Shown piece by piece: positions 61,235 through 64,000 of a stretch of DNA of 64,000 bases (its first letter is position 1; each line of letters starts with the position of its first letter). This DNA is from Octopus sinensis (Eukaryota): the NCBI RefSeq assembly GCF_006345805.1, contig NC_043003.1:109492001-109556000 (forward strand), in the 5' to 3' direction. The translations under genes were made by a program, and so were the position numbers. The notes beneath the pieces are model-generated. The model did not search any database and was not told the origin of the DNA. It saw only the letters and a list, made by a program, of their open reading frames with translations.

Positions 61235-61420
61235 GAAGGCGCGTGGCCTCGTGATTAGCACGTGGCACTCACGATCTAACTATCGTGGGTTCGATCGCTG
61301 TACTCAGCAGTGCGATATGTTCTCTTGAGTAAAAAAATCTTAGTTAACGTTGCTCTAAGATCATTTCGGCATCGATTTTATAGAGAGATCGAGCTAATAA
61401 ACAGCGCATATATTTGATCT
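61235..61420 (+). mobile_element. SINE family D head with a fourth, diverged tail
   Basis: GTGAAGGCGCGTGGCCTCGTGATTAGC...GGTTCGATC head. Confidence 0.5.
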
Positions 61421-61499
61421 CTATAAACGAATCCTTTGTGCAGGTCATTCAGCAAAAACTGTGCATATATCATAAGTCGTCCATCATTATATATTATTT

Positions 61500-61796
61500 A
61501 TTTATGTGCCCTTTTCAAGGCTAGCCAGGCTCATGGGCTCGGTTTCCCGGTTTCTGTGGCGTATATGTTCCCCCCAGCTTGACGAGACGCCAGTCTATCG
61601 GAGCGTTACTCAAGAAACAGGGAGATAGTTGGGGCGAAAGAGTACAACAGGGGTCACCACCACCCCCTGCAGGAGCCTCGGGGAGCTTTAGGTGTTTTCG
61701 CTCAATAAACACACACAACGCCCGGTCTGGGAATCGAAACCGCGATCCTCCGACCGCGAGTCCGCTGCCCAAACCACTGGGCCATTGCGCCTCCAC
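61500..61796 (-). mobile_element. Chimeric SINE: family E head and body with family D tail 1
   Basis: Matches E through TTTCGCCCCAACT, then switches to GAGTAAC...GACTGGCGTCTCGTC...GAAACCGGGAAACCG as in 17590-17840. Confidence 0.75.
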
Positions 61797-62039
61797 CTAT
61801 CATTATATAAAATATCATATATTACACACGCTGCTGTATCTAAATATATGTTATATATAATATTATAGCTGAGTGATTTAAAACTTCGATTTGCGTCTTC
61901 GTGTTTCCAGGTTTAATTTCACTGTGGGAATCTTCGGGCAATTGTCTTCTTACTGTGGCTTCGAGTTGGATAATAAATTGTGGTTGGAATTGTGTGAAGG
62001 AAACACCATATTTCAAATTTTAACTCAAAGCCTGGAATT

Positions 62040-62200
62040 TGGGGTTGGACGTTTGGCCGATTACACCGACCCGGTACTTACTTCATCAAGCCCAAAAGGA
62101 TGAAAGGCAAAGTCGACCTTGACGGAATTTGAACACAGAACATAAAGACAAACGAAATTCCACTAAACATTTTTGTCCGGCATGCTGACAGTTCTGTCAG
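62040..62200 (-). mobile_element. SINE family B, diverged
   Basis: GGATGAAAGGCAAAGTCGACC...GAATTTGAAC core. Confidence 0.65.
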
Positions 62201-62575
62201 CTCTCCTTTCTCAGCTGTTTAACAATCCTTTCTTCTGTGGGCACGTGGCCTAATTCTCAAAACACAAGACTTAATTCCGAAAACATGAAAAGGAAAAGTC
62301 GAACCCAGCGGCATTTGAACTCGGATAATAAAGTCGGTAAAATGCTAAGCCGTTTGTCCGGCACAATAAAACAACCTCTGTTATCCAATAGCTGAAAGGT
62401 GGGCAGCTCACCACCTTTCAATTATCGAATAACAGAAGTTGCTTTACTTCAAACTGTACATTACTCCACTCTGTATCACTGAAAGGTACCCTCCTTTAAA
62501 AAAAATATTATTGAAAGAATTAATAACCTCAGCAATGTAAAGATGCAATGTACATCATAATTAATCTCGCGTCAG

Positions 62576-62727
62576 ATCTTACTACAACTTCATAAGACCT
62601 AAACCTCTCATAAGTATCCGTGCCTTTTCTAAGCTCGAGTATATTGTACGCAGTTGCGCAGTTGAGAAAAGGTTTCCTGATCGTTACGGTGTAGAGTTTC
62701 TTATTGTTGTCAGCCACCCATTTTTAG
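62576..62727 (+). CDS. Possible coding exon of unassigned gene
   Basis: Stop-free SYYNFIRPKPLISIRAFSKLEYIVRSCAVEKRFPDRYGVEFLIVVSHPFL between a weak CAG acceptor and a TAG|GTAAAC donor. Alternative acceptor at 62633. Not linked to other exons with confidence. Confidence 0.25.
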
Positions 62728-63130
62728 GTAAACAACTGCAAACACAGACAAGTTCGTTCATACGCACATATATTTTATTTACACACACACACACACACAC
62801 ACACCACACACACACATATATATATATATATGTATATTTGCAGGTATGTATGAAAGCACATTTTAAAGTATTTATGTATGTGCGTGTGTATACATATACT
62901 CACACGTACACACACACACACAGAGCACACAGACACACACACACACATACATACATACATACAAACATACATAATACATACATACATACATACATACATA
63001 CATACATACATACATACACACACACACGCACACACACACATATATAACATACATTTAAGAGTGATGACCACTAAGTGGGGATCCATTATGCTATAGGTAG
63101 ACCCCATATGGTCTGACCACTAATAAAAAT

Positions 63131-63175
<45 letters not shown>

Positions 63176-63179
63176 TGCT

Positions 63180-63385
63180 TTCAAATTTTGGCACAAGACC
63201 AATAATTTCTGTGAGGGAGTAAGTTGATTACAGGGACCCCAGTGTTCAACTAGTACTTATTTTGTCGACACCCGAAAAGATGAAAGGCGAAGTCATCCTC
63301 GGCGGAATTTGAACTCAGAGCATAAAGACGGACGAAATATCGCTAAGCATTTTCGCCGACGCTGTAACGATTCTGCCAGCTCACC
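63180..63385 (-). mobile_element. SINE family B, tail variant 2
   Basis: Reverse-complement head ends TTCTGCCAGCTCACC. Confidence 0.75.
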
Positions 63386-63394
63386 TAATATACA

Positions 63395-63432
<38 letters not shown>

Positions 63433-64000
63433 ACACACACACACCCTGCACATATTTATACGTATGTATGTAGTCATATTTACAAGCTTAAATATATAAA
63501 TGAATTTATATATAGAAATTACAGAGTATGTAATAAATTTAGCTTCAACACACGCTCTCAGATCAAATCACATGCCAGACAAATATAACACCGAAATCTG
63601 TCTGTCTGTCTGAATGTATGTATGTTTGTATGTTTGTATGTAGTAGTAGTAGTATTACCCTGTTGTGAAATTTAATTAAGCCTAAGAGAATTCTCAGTTC
63701 TGTTTGGTAGAGTGGAACAATATTCGGGGTTTCTAGTTTCAGACAGCCTCAGCTGATGATCGAAGTCAGGAAACCTCGAGTAGTAACACACAGAGCTTTG
63801 AAAACATAGACACATACAAAGGCACGTCTGCACACACATACATATATAAATATAGGGAGGTCTCTTCTCTTGTTTTCGACGATAAGTATTCGAACTGAAC
63901 ATTTTACTCATCCAATTATCCCGTCAGTGGCCAAATAGTCTGCAGACTAGAACGTATAATTTACTGGAATTGAAAGGTTATGGTGGGATTCGAGTTCCTC

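Noticed and set aside
62529-62717. Minus-strand ORF ADNNKKLYTVTIRKPF...
   Set aside because: Non-ATG start immediately after a stop; probably the shadow of the open plus-strand frame or chance.
1-64000. CRISPR arrays, rRNA genes, operons or bacterial/viral inserts
   Set aside because: No regularly spaced repeat-spacer arrays, rRNA-like sequence or dense intron-less ORF blocks; the content is uniformly eukaryotic and repeat-rich.

Overview
AT-rich, microsatellite-dense eukaryotic DNA. The SINE repertoire points to an octopus or other coleoid cephalopod (inference). Two spliced genes lie head-to-head. (1) On the minus strand are the first three coding exons of DNMT2/TRDMT1 (26870-26795, 10776-10667, 6130-5982), which join in frame and carry motif I (ELYSGIGG) and catalytic motif IV (SPPCQPF); the gene runs off the left edge. 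(2) On the plus strand is an unrecognised gene with four phase-compatible exons (33661-34561, 35283-35401, 41404-41520, 45678-45810) and an uncertain 3' end. The rest is mostly decayed mobile DNA: hAT, mariner, Tigger/pogo, Tc1, Chapaev3-like, piggyBac-like MITEs, a Helentron-associated-like repeat, RTE, CR1, L1/Tx1, R4/Dong-like and Penelope fragments, and at least four tRNA-like SINE families (my labels A, B, D, E). The most interesting signals are a 1.67-kb TSD-flanked element encoding only an L1/Tx1-type ORF1 (HAL1-like), several hammerhead-ribozyme-like cores in Penelope-like tails, modular head/tail swapping among SINEs, nested insertions, and an apparent CpG-depletion boundary near 24 kb. 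All calls were made by eye with no database searches. Exon and TSD/TIR coordinates are counted; other repeat boundaries are approximate. Most entries in the ORF track are microsatellite or SINE artefacts.
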